Assembly (NCBI GenBank): GCA_964515375.1
Contig: CAZERF010000002.1
Location: 29,164-93,163, forward strand
DNA: 64,000 nucleotides
Source of the DNA: an uncultured Candidatus Saccharibacteria bacterium
GTDB taxonomy: Bacteria > Patescibacteriota > Minisyncoccia > Phycocordibacterales > UBA6899
Direction of reading: 5' to 3'
The position numbers and the translations under genes were made by a program. How positions within the stretch are numbered: the stretch's first letter is position 1; each line of letters opens with the position of its first letter. The notes below the pieces were generated by a model, which saw only the letters and a list, made by a program, of their open reading frames with translations, was not told the origin of the DNA and ran no database searches. Shown one piece after another: positions 36,034 to 45,328 of this stretch.

Positions 36034-38556
36034 TTATTCGACGATCGTCACATTTGTGACCGACTCTTTTTTATTTCCGACTGTGTCGTTCGCGATGATA
36101 CGGATCGTTGATCGTGTTGTTGATGCGTACGTCGGGATGAAAGAAAAGTCGTATGGTGGATTCGTGAGGGAGCCGAGGAAGGTGTCGTTCACAAAGAAGT
36201 CGACATGCTTGATCGGGAAGTGACTCGAGATCGTACTTCGAACAACAGTCTTTTGTCCCGCAGTGAGTGTTGTTTCCGGGAGAGGTTCACTGACAGTGAT
36301 CGTGGGAACGTATTCAGGAAGATGAAGATCGTCGAATCCTTCCGGTATCGAATTCCACGCATTCGCAGGGACGCCGTTCTCGGTGATCCATTGTTGCGCG
36401 GGGATCTCCCAAAGTAGATATTGCGGGTCGTTGTGGGGGTTGACCGGAGCGGGTCCTGTTGGGTCATTCTTGTTGACCCAGAAGAGTATTTCATGCGGGT
36501 TTGGAATGACTCGTTCCTCGATCAAGTATTGCGGTGTGTGTTCGGTTGCGAACTTTCCAGATATCTTATCGACCTTGTAGGTTGTCCCACCGTACCAGAT
36601 ACCACGGAGTGCGGGTTTGAGATTTGGATCGATCGGTCGCGGTGGTGTAAATCGTTCGTCGGAAGCGGTTGAGGTCGCGGTGGTGAAAAATGCATTCCAG
36701 AGCGGAGCAATGATGAATCCCGCCACTTTCTTTTCCATTGATGAATTATCATTATTTCCCGCCCATGCGCCGACAGAGAGGTTGGGTGTATAGCCGATGA
36801 TCCACGCATCTTTGTAATTATTGGTCGTTCCGGTCTTTACGGCAACGGTACGATCTTTGACGTTAAGATAAGAGTCGGAACCAAAGGCGGGCGCGCGAGC
36901 AATATTGTCACTCAAAACATCGGAGATCTGTCGCGCAACATTCTCGTCGATGACTTGGGTTTCGTTCTTTTTGAATTCATACAACATGACCCCCTTGTTG
37001 TCTTCAACCTTGAGGAGTCCGGTGTGTTGGTTTCGTTTCCCGTCGTTCGCGAAAACGCCGTATGCGCTGGTCATTTCAAGCAGTGTGACCTCTCCTCCAC
37101 CCAAAACAAGTGTGAGTCCGTACTGTGATTTGTCGCCGAGTGTGGTAATACCAAGACGTTCAGAGATATCGATTGCCTTGTTGAGTCCGGTCAAATAGAG
37201 GAGTTTGACCGCGGGGACATTCATTGATTGTGCAAGCGCGTTGCGTAGTGAGACCGGACCGTTGTAGGTATGGTCATAATTCTCCGGTCTATAACACTTT
37301 GACTTGTCGACACCACCGATCGGTTCTCCGAAGGGGTCACAGAAGGTTGAGAATTCCGTGCGCACGTTAAAGAGTGTGGTGTCGGGTGTATATCCTTGTT
37401 CAAAGGCTGCCGCGTAAATGAAAGGTTTGAAAGCGGAACCGGGCTGACGTTTGGCGAGTGTGGTGTTGAAGTTCCCTTCGTTTTCGGTGTCGAAGTAGTC
37501 GCGCGATCCCACCATTGTGAGGATATGTCCCGTCTTTGGATCGACCGCGATCAATCCCGCGTTCGATGCGTTGAAATTCTTTTCGTTTTCCTTCACATAT
37601 TGCGCGACGATCTCTTCACCGGCCTTTTGGAGCTCCATATCAAGCGTTGTTGTTACTCGCAAGCCGCCTTCGGTGATCACATCTTCACCATACATATCAA
37701 CAAGTATCTCTCGGATATACATGACGAAATGAGGAGCAAGGATACCGCGCTCGCGAGGGGGTTGGAATTTAACCACCTCATTGCGGAACTTTTCGTATTC
37801 CTCGTTTGTGATCATGTTGAGATCGTACATGCGTTTGAGTACAAGGTTCTTTCGCGCTTCAAGCTTGTCGATATTGTTGCCGTATGGGGAATATCGGGTT
37901 GGCGCTTGTGGTATCGCGGCAAGGTATGCCGCCTCAGCGAGGCCAACCTCACTTGCGTGTTTTCCGAAGTAGGTCATGCTCGCCTCTTCGACGCCATAGA
38001 TATTTCCACCATACGGCGCATCATTCAAATAGAGTTCCAAGATCTCCTCTTTGGTCATGATCTGCTCCAGTTTGAGCGCGAGGATCCATTCTTTTACTTT
38101 GCGACTGATCGTCTTTTCTTGAGAGAGGAGCGCATTCTTGATCACTTGTTGGGTGATCGTTGATCCGCCCTGGCTATATTCCATTTCCCTTATATTCACC
38201 CAAACCGCGCGGAGGATCGCGGTCGGCTTGATACCGATATGGTCATAGAACTCTTCATCTTCGATCGCAACAGTCGCGTTCTTGATCTCCGGACTGATTT
38301 TGTCGAAAGTGACGAGGGTCCGGCGAACATCTTTGTGGACATCATAGAGTACGATCTTTCCAGTTCGGTCATATATTTTTGTTGACTGAGAGACTTTTCG
38401 TGTTTCAAAAAGACTGAAATCCGGGATCTCGATCGTTGTTGCCCAAATGAGAAACGAACTCACCGCAAAGATACTGATGATCAATACCGCAATGAAGAAC
38501 ATTTGTATCCAAAGGAAGAATCTCTTCCTCCTTATTCTCTTTTGGTTGGAATGCAT
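36034..38556 (-). CDS. Penicillin-binding protein 1A (bifunctional glycosyltransferase/transpeptidase)
   Basis: N-terminal TM. GT51 motifs (EDEEFYDHIG, GGSTITQQ). Transpeptidase SxxK (SAFKPF), SxN and KTG (KTGTT) motifs. 840 aa. Confidence 0.9.
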   Translation of the reverse strand: MHSNQKRIRRKRFFLWIQMFFIAVLIISIFAVSSFLIWATTIEIPDFSLFETRKVSQSTKIYDRTGKIVLYDVHKDVRRTLVTFDKISPEIKNATVAIEDEEFYDHIGIKPTAILRAVWVNIREMEYSQGGSTITQQVIKNALLSQEKTISRKVKEWILALKLEQIMTKEEILELYLNDAPYGGNIYGVEEASMTYFGKHASEVGLAEAAYLAAIPQAPTRYSPYGNNIDKLEARKNLVLKRMYDLNMITNEEYEKFRNEVVKFQPPRERGILAPHFVMYIREILVDMYGEDVITEGGLRVTTTLDMELQKAGEEIVAQYVKENEKNFNASNAGLIAVDPKTGHILTMVGSRDYFDTENEGNFNTTLAKRQPGSAFKPFIYAAAFEQGYTPDTTLFNVRTEFSTFCDPFGEPIGGVDKSKCYRPENYDHTYNGPVSLRNALAQSMNVPAVKLLYLTGLNKAIDISERLGITTLGDKSQYGLTLVLGGGEVTLLEMTSAYGVFANDGKRNQHTGLLKVEDNKGVMLYEFKKNETQVIDENVARQISDVLSDNIARAPAFGSDSYLNVKDRTVAVKTGTTNNYKDAWIIGYTPNLSVGAWAGNNDNSSMEKKVAGFIIAPLWNAFFTTATSTASDERFTPPRPIDPNLKPALRGIWYGGTTYKVDKISGKFATEHTPQYLIEERVIPNPHEILFWVNKNDPTGPAPVNPHNDPQYLLWEIPAQQWITENGVPANAWNSIPEGFDDLHLPEYVPTITVSEPLPETTLTAGQKTVVRSTISSHFPIKHVDFFVNDTFLGSLTNPPYDFSFIPTYASTTRSTIRIIANDTVGNKKESVTNVTIVE

Positions 38557-38625
38557 AGGACCTTGTTATACGTATAGTAGCACAAAATTACAAGAGAAAA
38601 GACAAAGAAAAGCACATATGCTAGC

Positions 38626-40050
38626 ATGATGTGCATGAAGGTAATAACACCACAAGAAGCGGAAAATGTCGTTTCCGACATCCTTGCGCGCGGGGTGGGC
38701 GAATATGTCGATCCTGACGGGCGTTTCCGTAAAAAGCTTATCGCAAAGGCAACAGGAGAATTCCATGGTGACATCGTCATTAAATTCGGTGTCGACCCTA
38801 CGCGTCCGGATATCCACTTGGGGCACGCGGTTGTGCTTCGCAAGTTGCGACAACTCCAAGATATTGGTTGTAAGGTGATTTTTTTGATCGGAGATTATAC
38901 GGCGCAGATCGGAGATCCGACCGGAAAAAGTAAGGTTCGCCCCGAGGTGGAACAGTCCGCCATCGAACACAACATGAAGACTTATCTCGAACAGGCGGGA
39001 AAGATCTTGAGCACGGACCCGAGTGTGTTTTCATGGATCCGCAATTCCGACTGGTTCCTTTCTCCGATGGACCTCTCCCTCCCTGATGATGTGAAGGTGG
39101 AGTTTGCGGTCAAGAAAGGGGTGATCGAGGAAAAGGTTGAATTCCCTCCCAACTCTTTTATTGGGAAGTCTGTTGTTTTTGATCAGACACGCATGCAATC
39201 TCGCATGGGGTTGGGGCGTGTTGTGAATGTATCACTTACGAACATGATGTGGAACCTGAAACACATCACCCACGCACAGCTTGTTGAGCGTGATATGTTT
39301 CAAAAACGGATCACTGAAGGGGAGGGTCTCTTTATGCATGAGATGTTCTACCCGATCCTCCAGGGTACCGATTCTGATGTCCTACATCGGATCTACGGGT
39401 CATGTGATTGTGAGGTCGGTGGTACTGATCAGACATTCAATATGTTGATGGGACGCAAGATCATGGAAGTCAATCATCACGAACCTCAAGCGGTCCTTTC
39501 GTTCGCACTGCTTGTTGGTCTCGACGGAAAGGAAAAAATGTCCAAATCACTCGATAATTATATTGGAGTCACTGATGCACCGGCTGATATGTTCGGAAAG
39601 GTGATGAGTATTTCCGACGTGGCGATCCCTTCATATCTTGAGTTGTGTACTTTTACGCCGATGGATGACGTGCGTTCGATCGTTCTTGATCTTGAGCGCG
39701 GCACGCTTCACCCAAAGGAGGTGAAGATGGATCTCGCGCAGCAGATCGTGGAGATCTATCACGGCAAAGAGGCGGGAAATTCGGCGCGTGAACAGTTTGT
39801 CCACACATTCGAAAAGAAGGGGGTTCCCGCCGAGATGGCTGAAATCGGAACAAAGAAGGGCACACTCCTTTCCGACGCGCTCGTTGCCGCGCAGTTTGTT
39901 GAATCAAAGAGTGAATTCCGTCGTTTATTGAATGAAGGTGCGTTGCGTAAAGATGGAGAAGAAAAGATCGTTGACCCGATGTTTGTTGTGAACGAGTCGA
40001 TCGTACTCAAGATAGGGAAGCATCGTTTCGTTCGGGTCATCGCCTCGTGA
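38626..40050 (+). CDS. tyrS: Tyrosine--tRNA ligase (class I aaRS with C-terminal S4-like domain)
   Basis: HIGH-type motif (PDIHLGH), GDYTAQIGDPTGKS region typical of TyrRS, KMSKS present, S4-like C-terminus. 474 aa. Confidence 0.8.
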   Translation: MMCMKVITPQEAENVVSDILARGVGEYVDPDGRFRKKLIAKATGEFHGDIVIKFGVDPTRPDIHLGHAVVLRKLRQLQDIGCKVIFLIGDYTAQIGDPTGKSKVRPEVEQSAIEHNMKTYLEQAGKILSTDPSVFSWIRNSDWFLSPMDLSLPDDVKVEFAVKKGVIEEKVEFPPNSFIGKSVVFDQTRMQSRMGLGRVVNVSLTNMMWNLKHITHAQLVERDMFQKRITEGEGLFMHEMFYPILQGTDSDVLHRIYGSCDCEVGGTDQTFNMLMGRKIMEVNHHEPQAVLSFALLVGLDGKEKMSKSLDNYIGVTDAPADMFGKVMSISDVAIPSYLELCTFTPMDDVRSIVLDLERGTLHPKEVKMDLAQQIVEIYHGKEAGNSAREQFVHTFEKKGVPAEMAEIGTKKGTLLSDALVAAQFVESKSEFRRLLNEGALRKDGEEKIVDPMFVVNESIVLKIGKHRFVRVIAS

Positions 40051-40059
40051 CCGGTGAAT

Positions 40060-40093
40060 AAAAAAGAACACCCGCTCGGGTGTTCTTTTTTTT
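40060..40093. terminator. Bidirectional rho-independent terminator (GAACACCCG-CTC-GGGTGTTC flanked by A-run and T-run)
   Basis: Hairpin between tyrS (+) stop and the convergent acidic-protein gene (-) stop. Confidence 0.75.
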
Positions 40094-40095
40094 AT

Positions 40096-40305
40096 TCATT
40101 CTATTTCTTCTTCAAGCAACTCGTCTTCCTCATCGTCTTCCTCTGGTGGGACAACTGTTTCATCAAGAGGATCTATAACATCATCGATCTCTTCCTCGAC
40201 ATCGTCAAGAAAATCGTCGCTTCCTAACGCATCCGGATCGAATTCGTCGTCATCGGATGTACTCTCTTCAGGTAAGATACCGTCGGTAACAAAATCATCG
40301 GTCAT
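40096..40305 (-). CDS. Small highly acidic protein (69 aa, ~45% D/E). Hypothetical.
   Basis: An ORF of this size needs support. It shows strong compositional bias (EEEIDDVIDPLDE…), a defined start and a terminator, and sits upstream of ruvC on the same strand. Confidence 0.4.
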   Translation of the reverse strand: MTDDFVTDGILPEESTSDDDEFDPDALGSDDFLDDVEEEIDDVIDPLDETVVPPEEDDEEDELLEEEIE

Positions 40306-40410
40306 AAACTCATGATGTTCATTGATAAGTTGTTCGCAGTTGCGAACATTATCACATATGTATCATGAGCTGTTTGTACTGGCAAGCAGGAAATCCACGT
40401 TTGTATTCCT

Positions 40411-40908
40411 TCATTTTTTTACCCTTATCCCCATGATGGTGCGTTCGTTTGCGAGCGTCGTGAGTGCAACCGCGATCGCGTCGTATTCATCGTCAAGTTT
40501 TGGAACCTCATCGAAGTGAATGATCGCATTGACCATCTTCATGATCTGATCCTTTGTCGCCCTCCCATAGCCGGTGAGTGCGATCTTGATCGCCAGCGGA
40601 TTGTATTCCACCAGTGTGATCTGATGTGTTGCCGCGATATACATGATCATGCCGCGCACTTCGGCGACATGTAGTGCGGTCTTTGCGTTGTTGGTGAAGT
40701 AGAGTTCTTCGATCGCGATGATGTCGGGCTTGTGGGTCGCGATCAAGTCGTCGATCGTTTTACCCACAGTAAAAAGACGAGAGGAAAAAGACTCCTTTTG
40801 AGAAGTTTCGATGCAAGATGAGTAGATGAGAGTGCTTGTCGCATTATCGCCTTCAAGCACCGCAACTCCACATCGACCGAATCCGGGATCTATACCGAGC
40901 ACGCGCAT
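40411..40908 (-). CDS. ruvC: Crossover junction endodeoxyribonuclease RuvC
   Basis: MRVLGIDPGFGRCGVAV N-terminus with catalytic Asp. 165 aa. RNase H-like fold motifs. Confidence 0.9.
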   Translation of the reverse strand: MRVLGIDPGFGRCGVAVLEGDNATSTLIYSSCIETSQKESFSSRLFTVGKTIDDLIATHKPDIIAIEELYFTNNAKTALHVAEVRGMIMYIAATHQITLVEYNPLAIKIALTGYGRATKDQIMKMVNAIIHFDEVPKLDDEYDAIAVALTTLANERTIMGIRVKK

Positions 40909-41102
40909 GAGTAGAAAGTAGTGAGGAGGGAATAAGAATTCTTTTTCTCAGCGTTTGATCGAAAGTACATATCAAAATGTGTGTCTTGCTCACTCGTGTG
41001 AGAATAGAAAGTTTTAATACCCCCTTATATTTATTATAACACCGAGTTTCATTCGTATTCTCTCTGAAAAAGAACCCCTGTGAAGGGGTCTTTCTTGAAA
41101 TG

Positions 41103-41633
41103 CTAGTCGGCGTTGGTGTATACATCCTGGACCTCGTCGTTTGACTCCAGTTCTTCGATGATCCTTGAGAGTGTCGCTCCGTCGTCGTCGGAGAGGGGAA
41201 TCGTGGAGTTGGGTTCCCATCCTTCTTCGGTCTTGGTGAACGCCCACACGGCGGCTCCTTGTGCAGCGAGCGATCCGCCGTTCTTGGAGAGGATGTGCTT
41301 GATCTCTTGGGCGGCTTTGTTGCGGTTGCCGGTGAACGCTTCGATGATGAGTGCGCATCCTCCCGGCCCGTACCCTTCGTAGGTAAGAGCTTCCATGGTG
41401 TCCACTTCCCCCCCCGCACCCTTTTTGACCGCACGATCAATGGTGTCTTTCGGCATGTTCTCCTTCTTTGCCTTTTCGATCAACATACGCAAACCCGGCG
41501 AGTTCACGTCGCCATTTGCCTTCTTTGACTCGGTGGCGATAAGACTACCAAGTTTTCCGAAGAGTTTTGATTTCTTCGCATCCTCCGCTCCTTTCTGGCG
41601 CTTGATCTGCGCCCATTTGCTATGTCCTGACAT
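41103..41633 (-). CDS. yebC: YebC/PmpR family transcriptional regulatory protein (short form lacking part of the middle domain)
   Basis: MSGHSKWAQIKRQKGAEDAKKSKLFGKL N-terminus is diagnostic. 176 aa vs ~240 typical. Confidence 0.8.
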   Translation of the reverse strand: MSGHSKWAQIKRQKGAEDAKKSKLFGKLGSLIATESKKANGDVNSPGLRMLIEKAKKENMPKDTIDRAVKKGAGGEVDTMEALTYEGYGPGGCALIIEAFTGNRNKAAQEIKHILSKNGGSLAAQGAAVWAFTKTEEGWEPNSTIPLSDDDGATLSRIIEELESNDEVQDVYTNAD

Positions 41634-41696
41634 ATTCGCGTGATTATAGACTAGATGTATGCATCATAGCGAAAGAGGACATACTTGCGCAACCGT

Positions 41697-42707
41697 TTAT
41701 GTCTCAAGAGGAAATTCGAACCCTAAATGTTCGTATGCCTTCTTTGTGGCAACGCGACCGCGAGGAGTGCGTTCGATGAGGCCAAGTTTCAAGAGATACG
41801 GTTCGTAGACTTCCTCAATGGTCGCCTGTTCTTCGCTCGTCGCTGCGGCGATCGTGGAGAGTCCGACCGGTCCCCCGTTGAATTTTTCGATCATGATCGA
41901 GAGCATTGTGCGGTCGGGTTGTGTGAGTCCGATCTCGTCGATCTCAAGGAGTTGGAGTGCATGATGGACGGCGGAGCGATCGAGATCTCTTCGAGAGACC
42001 TGTGCGAAATCACGCGCGCGCTTCAAGAGATAGTTTGCCGTTCTTGGTGTGTGACGGCTCCGTCGTGCGATCTCCATGCTCGCTTCTTCGTCGAGGGTGA
42101 TGTTGAGAATGGTTGCGGAGCGACGAATGATCCGCGCGATCTCGTCTTCGCTATAGAATTCAAGACGAAAAACACCACCGCCAAAACGCGAGCGAAGCGG
42201 CGATGAAAGGAGAGCGATGCGAGTCGTCGCGGCGATCAGGGTGAAGGGAGGGAGTTCGAGCTGGATCGTGCGCGCGGAAGGACCTTTTCCGATGATGATA
42301 TCGAGCACACCGGACTCCATTGCCGGGTAGAGAATCTCTTCCACCATTTTGTTCAAGCGGTGGATCTCGTCGATGAAGAGGATGTCTCCGGGGTTCAAGT
42401 TGGTGAGGATCGAGGCGAGATCGCCCACTTTTTCGATCGCGGGTCCGGAAGTACTCTTGAGCTGTGCCGCGGTCTCCTTGGCGATCAAGTGTGCGATTGT
42501 CGTTTTTCCGAGTCCGGGGGGGCCGTAGAAGAGGAGATGTTCGGGTGGATGCTTGCGCTCTTTTGCTGCGGAAAGCAGGATCTCGAGATTCTGCTTGATG
42601 TGCTCTTGTCCGATATACTCTTCCCATGTCTCCGGGCGGAGGGTCTGGTCGAGAAAAAGGGCTTCTTTTGGTTGTTTTGCGGTATTTCGCTCGTCGGTTC
42701 TTGACAT
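41697..42707 (-). CDS. ruvB: Holliday junction branch migration helicase RuvB
   Basis: AAA+ Walker [10 protein letters not shown], Walker [11 protein letters not shown], sensor and arginine finger, winged-helix C-terminus. 336 aa. Confidence 0.92.
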   Translation of the reverse strand: MSRTDERNTAKQPKEALFLDQTLRPETWEEYIGQEHIKQNLEILLSAAKERKHPPEHLLFYGPPGLGKTTIAHLIAKETAAQLKSTSGPAIEKVGDLASILTNLNPGDILFIDEIHRLNKMVEEILYPAMESGVLDIIIGKGPSARTIQLELPPFTLIAATTRIALLSSPLRSRFGGGVFRLEFYSEDEIARIIRRSATILNITLDEEASMEIARRSRHTPRTANYLLKRARDFAQVSRRDLDRSAVHHALQLLEIDEIGLTQPDRTMLSIMIEKFNGGPVGLSTIAAATSEEQATIEEVYEPYLLKLGLIERTPRGRVATKKAYEHLGFEFPLET

Positions 42708-42914
42708 GAAAATTGGTTATGCTATACTCTCGACAGTCGAGAGTTTTTGGCGTGTTTTTCGCCCGATCTCTTCCTCAGTATGCCATGAGTGCGACACTTC
42801 TCAAAGTGCCCGCGTTCAGCTTCTGATTACAGTCTTGACCCGATGCGTTCTTGATGGGGAGACCCGCAAGACCTTCCGGATCACGGCGGGGGTACATGCT
42901 GTCGGATAAAACAC

Positions 42915-43188
42915 TTGACAATGTTTTGAAAACGTGATAAGCTGGCAACAGTAATTTCACAGGAGACATGCGCTTCGAGTGTGTCACCCTTCAAACTACT
43001 AAGGCCCCACAGGCTTCCATGATATTTCTCCGAGGATTCCCTGGTTGTCGCCCCGTGCGTACGTACTGGTGATCCCCTTAGGAAGGTATTTAACTTTTCA
43101 TATTATTGTGAGAAGTAGTTGTTTGAAGGGTAACGTGCTTGAATATTCAAGATTCTCCACCCAAAAAGGACCCACAGGGTCCTTTTTG
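42915..43188 (+). ncRNA. Candidate small RNA or uncharacterised transcript: promoter-like TTGACA (42915) to terminator hairpin (43163-43188), ~240 nt, no convincing ORF
   Basis: There is a -35 consensus hexamer with a weak -10. A strong terminator hairpin AAAAAGGACCCACAGGGTCCTTTTT lies downstream. The only ORF inside (34 aa from 42970) has SD-ATG spacing of ~1 nt. Confidence 0.3.
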
Positions 43189-43194
43189 GTATAA

Positions 43195-43467
43195 TTGTCT
43201 CGTATGAAGCATATTTTTCTCTCTGATTGGTATGTCGTTAAGAGATCGTCCGTGGTCTTTTTCGGATCTTGTATCTTCTTTGTGCCGCTTGTTTCATTTG
43301 CAACAATATCAGCGGAGCCTGTTTCTTTGGTTGGTAGATTTTTTGATACTCATTACGAACAATTGGTACTTCTTTTTGCTTTTCTTTCCGGGTTATTTGT
43401 ATATCCGTATTTTTCCGGTTTAGGTTGGTGGTCGAAATATCTGCGCAAGAAAAAGGATTCCGAGTAG
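43195..43467 (+). CDS. Possible small 2-TM membrane protein (90 aa), flanked by near-identical hairpins. Hypothetical.
   Basis: Two hydrophobic helices. TATAAT at 43183-43188 would make it leaderless. No SD. Confidence 0.3.
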   Translation: MSRMKHIFLSDWYVVKRSSVVFFGSCIFFVPLVSFATISAEPVSLVGRFFDTHYEQLVLLFAFLSGLFVYPYFSGLGWWSKYLRKKKDSE

Positions 43468-43503
43468 TATTTGCTATAAGTTTTTTCTTTGACCCCCTCA
43501 TGC

Positions 43504-43529
43504 AAAAAGGACACACAGGGTCCTTTTTG
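43504..43529. terminator. Hairpin AAAAAGGACACACAGGGTCCTTTTT, a near-identical copy (1 mismatch) of the hairpin at 43163..43188. Likely terminator for pilB paralog (minus) and the small ORF (plus).
   Basis: Direct comparison of the two 25-mers. Confidence 0.6.
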
Positions 43530-43567
43530 ATTATCGTTATTGATGATCGATCCTCAACTTCCAACTT

Positions 43568-45247
43568 TTATCGCCCTTCATTGAAACCGACGGCGCGCTC
43601 TATTTCGTCCATTGTGGTAACACCTCTGATCGCCTTGACGATCCCATCCTGACGCATATCGAGGATTCCTTGCGGCTGAGCGGCTTCCTTGATCTCGCGT
43701 TCGCTCGGGTTCTCGCGGAGAACATCTTCGACCGCGCGATCCATGAGGATACCTTCGTAGATCGAGATACGACCTTTGTACCCGGTGAAAGAACACTTCT
43801 CGCACCCTTTCGCTCGCCAGAGGGTTTGGGGGTAGATGATATTCGGACGATACTTTTCAATAATGACAAAATCACGATCAATGACCTCGCGTTCTTTTCC
43901 AACGGGAGTGTATTCTTCATTGCAGTAACGACAGAGGCGGCGGACAAGACGTTGCCCGATCGCGATATTCAGGGCGGAGCTGATGATCTTGGGGTTTACA
44001 CCGATGTCGATAAGACGAGGAATGGCGCCGGCGGCGTTGTTGGTGTGGAGAGTTGAAAAGACGATATGACCGGTGAGTGCGGAATCGATGGCAACCGAAG
44101 CCGTCTCTTCGTCGCGAATTTCACCGACCATGATCACATCGGGGTCTTGGCGCACCGCGGCGCGAAGGCCGTTGCCGAAGTCATATCCCTTATCGTGGTC
44201 GACCTGGGTCTGTGAGATGCCGTCCAAATGATATTCGATCGGATCTTCAATGGTGATGACCTTGATCTGTGGGTTGCGGAGTTTTTTGAGACAGGCGTAG
44301 AGTGTTGTTGTTTTTCCGGAGCCGGTGGGTCCGGTGGTGAGGATCAGTCCGTTTGGTTTGTGGATCTGTTCAAGCATGACCTTGTAGAAGTACTCATCCA
44401 TACCGAGTTCTTCGAGCGGAACGGAGATGGATTTTGGATTCAAGATACGCATCACGATGGATTCGGCATATGCGGCAGGGAGAATCGAAGTACGTACCTC
44501 AACATCAACCCCATCGATCTTGATCGTGAAGCGACCATCTTGAGCTTCGTGAAGAAGGTTAAGTTTTACCCCTGCAAGAAGTTTGATACGCGAAAGAATA
44601 CGGTGATAGTCGGGGTGTTTGAGTTGAACGACGTCTTGCAAAATACCGTCAAGACGATAGCGCACGCGGACAATATCCTTTTCCGGTTCAAAATGCACAT
44701 CAGACACTCCGGTCGCCACCGCGCCACCCATGATGATCTCGACAACACTTGAGAGTGAATGCGTGTCTCCTGAGCCCAGTGCGGAGAGAACGACATCTTT
44801 GACGTCGACAATTCCCTTGATAGTGGATACGTAGTTACCCATCGTCTCTTCGGAAATGGACATTACCCCGGCATCCTGGGCTTTTGCATAGGAAACTTCG
44901 TCGTAGATTCTCCACGCGCGGCGAATACCAAATTCGGACGCAATGGAAGGAATGACCGTATATCCCTGACGCTCTAATTCAGTGATGATATTGCTTACTT
45001 TTTGAGAGTTGGGCGTCTGTACAGCCATCATGATCTGACGCTGGTTCAGTTGGTAGATCACAACCATCGCATCCTCCGCGATAGGGCGGGTAATGAGACG
45101 AATCGCAGTGTTGTCGATCGTTGTGCGAGAGAGATCAACATAGGGGAGGTCGTAGTGTTCCGCAAGCACCTGTGCGAGGGACTCAGCCTCTTTTTCACGC
45201 ATTGAATCAAAGAGTTTCTTGTCTTTTTTGTCGTCAAAAGTTGTCAT
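43568..45247 (-). CDS. Second GspE/PilB-family type IV pilus/secretion ATPase (orphan paralog)
   Basis: Walker A GPTGSGKTTTLYACL. Tetracysteine CRYCNEEY…CEKCSFTGYKGRISIYE. N-terminal GSPII_E N-domain. 559 aa. No adjacent pilC or pilin genes. Confidence 0.88.
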   Translation of the reverse strand: MTTFDDKKDKKLFDSMREKEAESLAQVLAEHYDLPYVDLSRTTIDNTAIRLITRPIAEDAMVVIYQLNQRQIMMAVQTPNSQKVSNIITELERQGYTVIPSIASEFGIRRAWRIYDEVSYAKAQDAGVMSISEETMGNYVSTIKGIVDVKDVVLSALGSGDTHSLSSVVEIIMGGAVATGVSDVHFEPEKDIVRVRYRLDGILQDVVQLKHPDYHRILSRIKLLAGVKLNLLHEAQDGRFTIKIDGVDVEVRTSILPAAYAESIVMRILNPKSISVPLEELGMDEYFYKVMLEQIHKPNGLILTTGPTGSGKTTTLYACLKKLRNPQIKVITIEDPIEYHLDGISQTQVDHDKGYDFGNGLRAAVRQDPDVIMVGEIRDEETASVAIDSALTGHIVFSTLHTNNAAGAIPRLIDIGVNPKIISSALNIAIGQRLVRRLCRYCNEEYTPVGKEREVIDRDFVIIEKYRPNIIYPQTLWRAKGCEKCSFTGYKGRISIYEGILMDRAVEDVLRENPSEREIKEAAQPQGILDMRQDGIVKAIRGVTTMDEIERAVGFNEGR

Positions 45248-45328
45248 TTCTTACTCATTGTACCCGCGGTTCACCTGCTTCACAAGGCGGACCGCAGTGT
45301 GTATAGGAGTATTTGACAAATATCTTAA

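Noticed and set aside
37396-38163. 255-aa plus-strand ORF
   Set aside because: Antisense to PBP1A.
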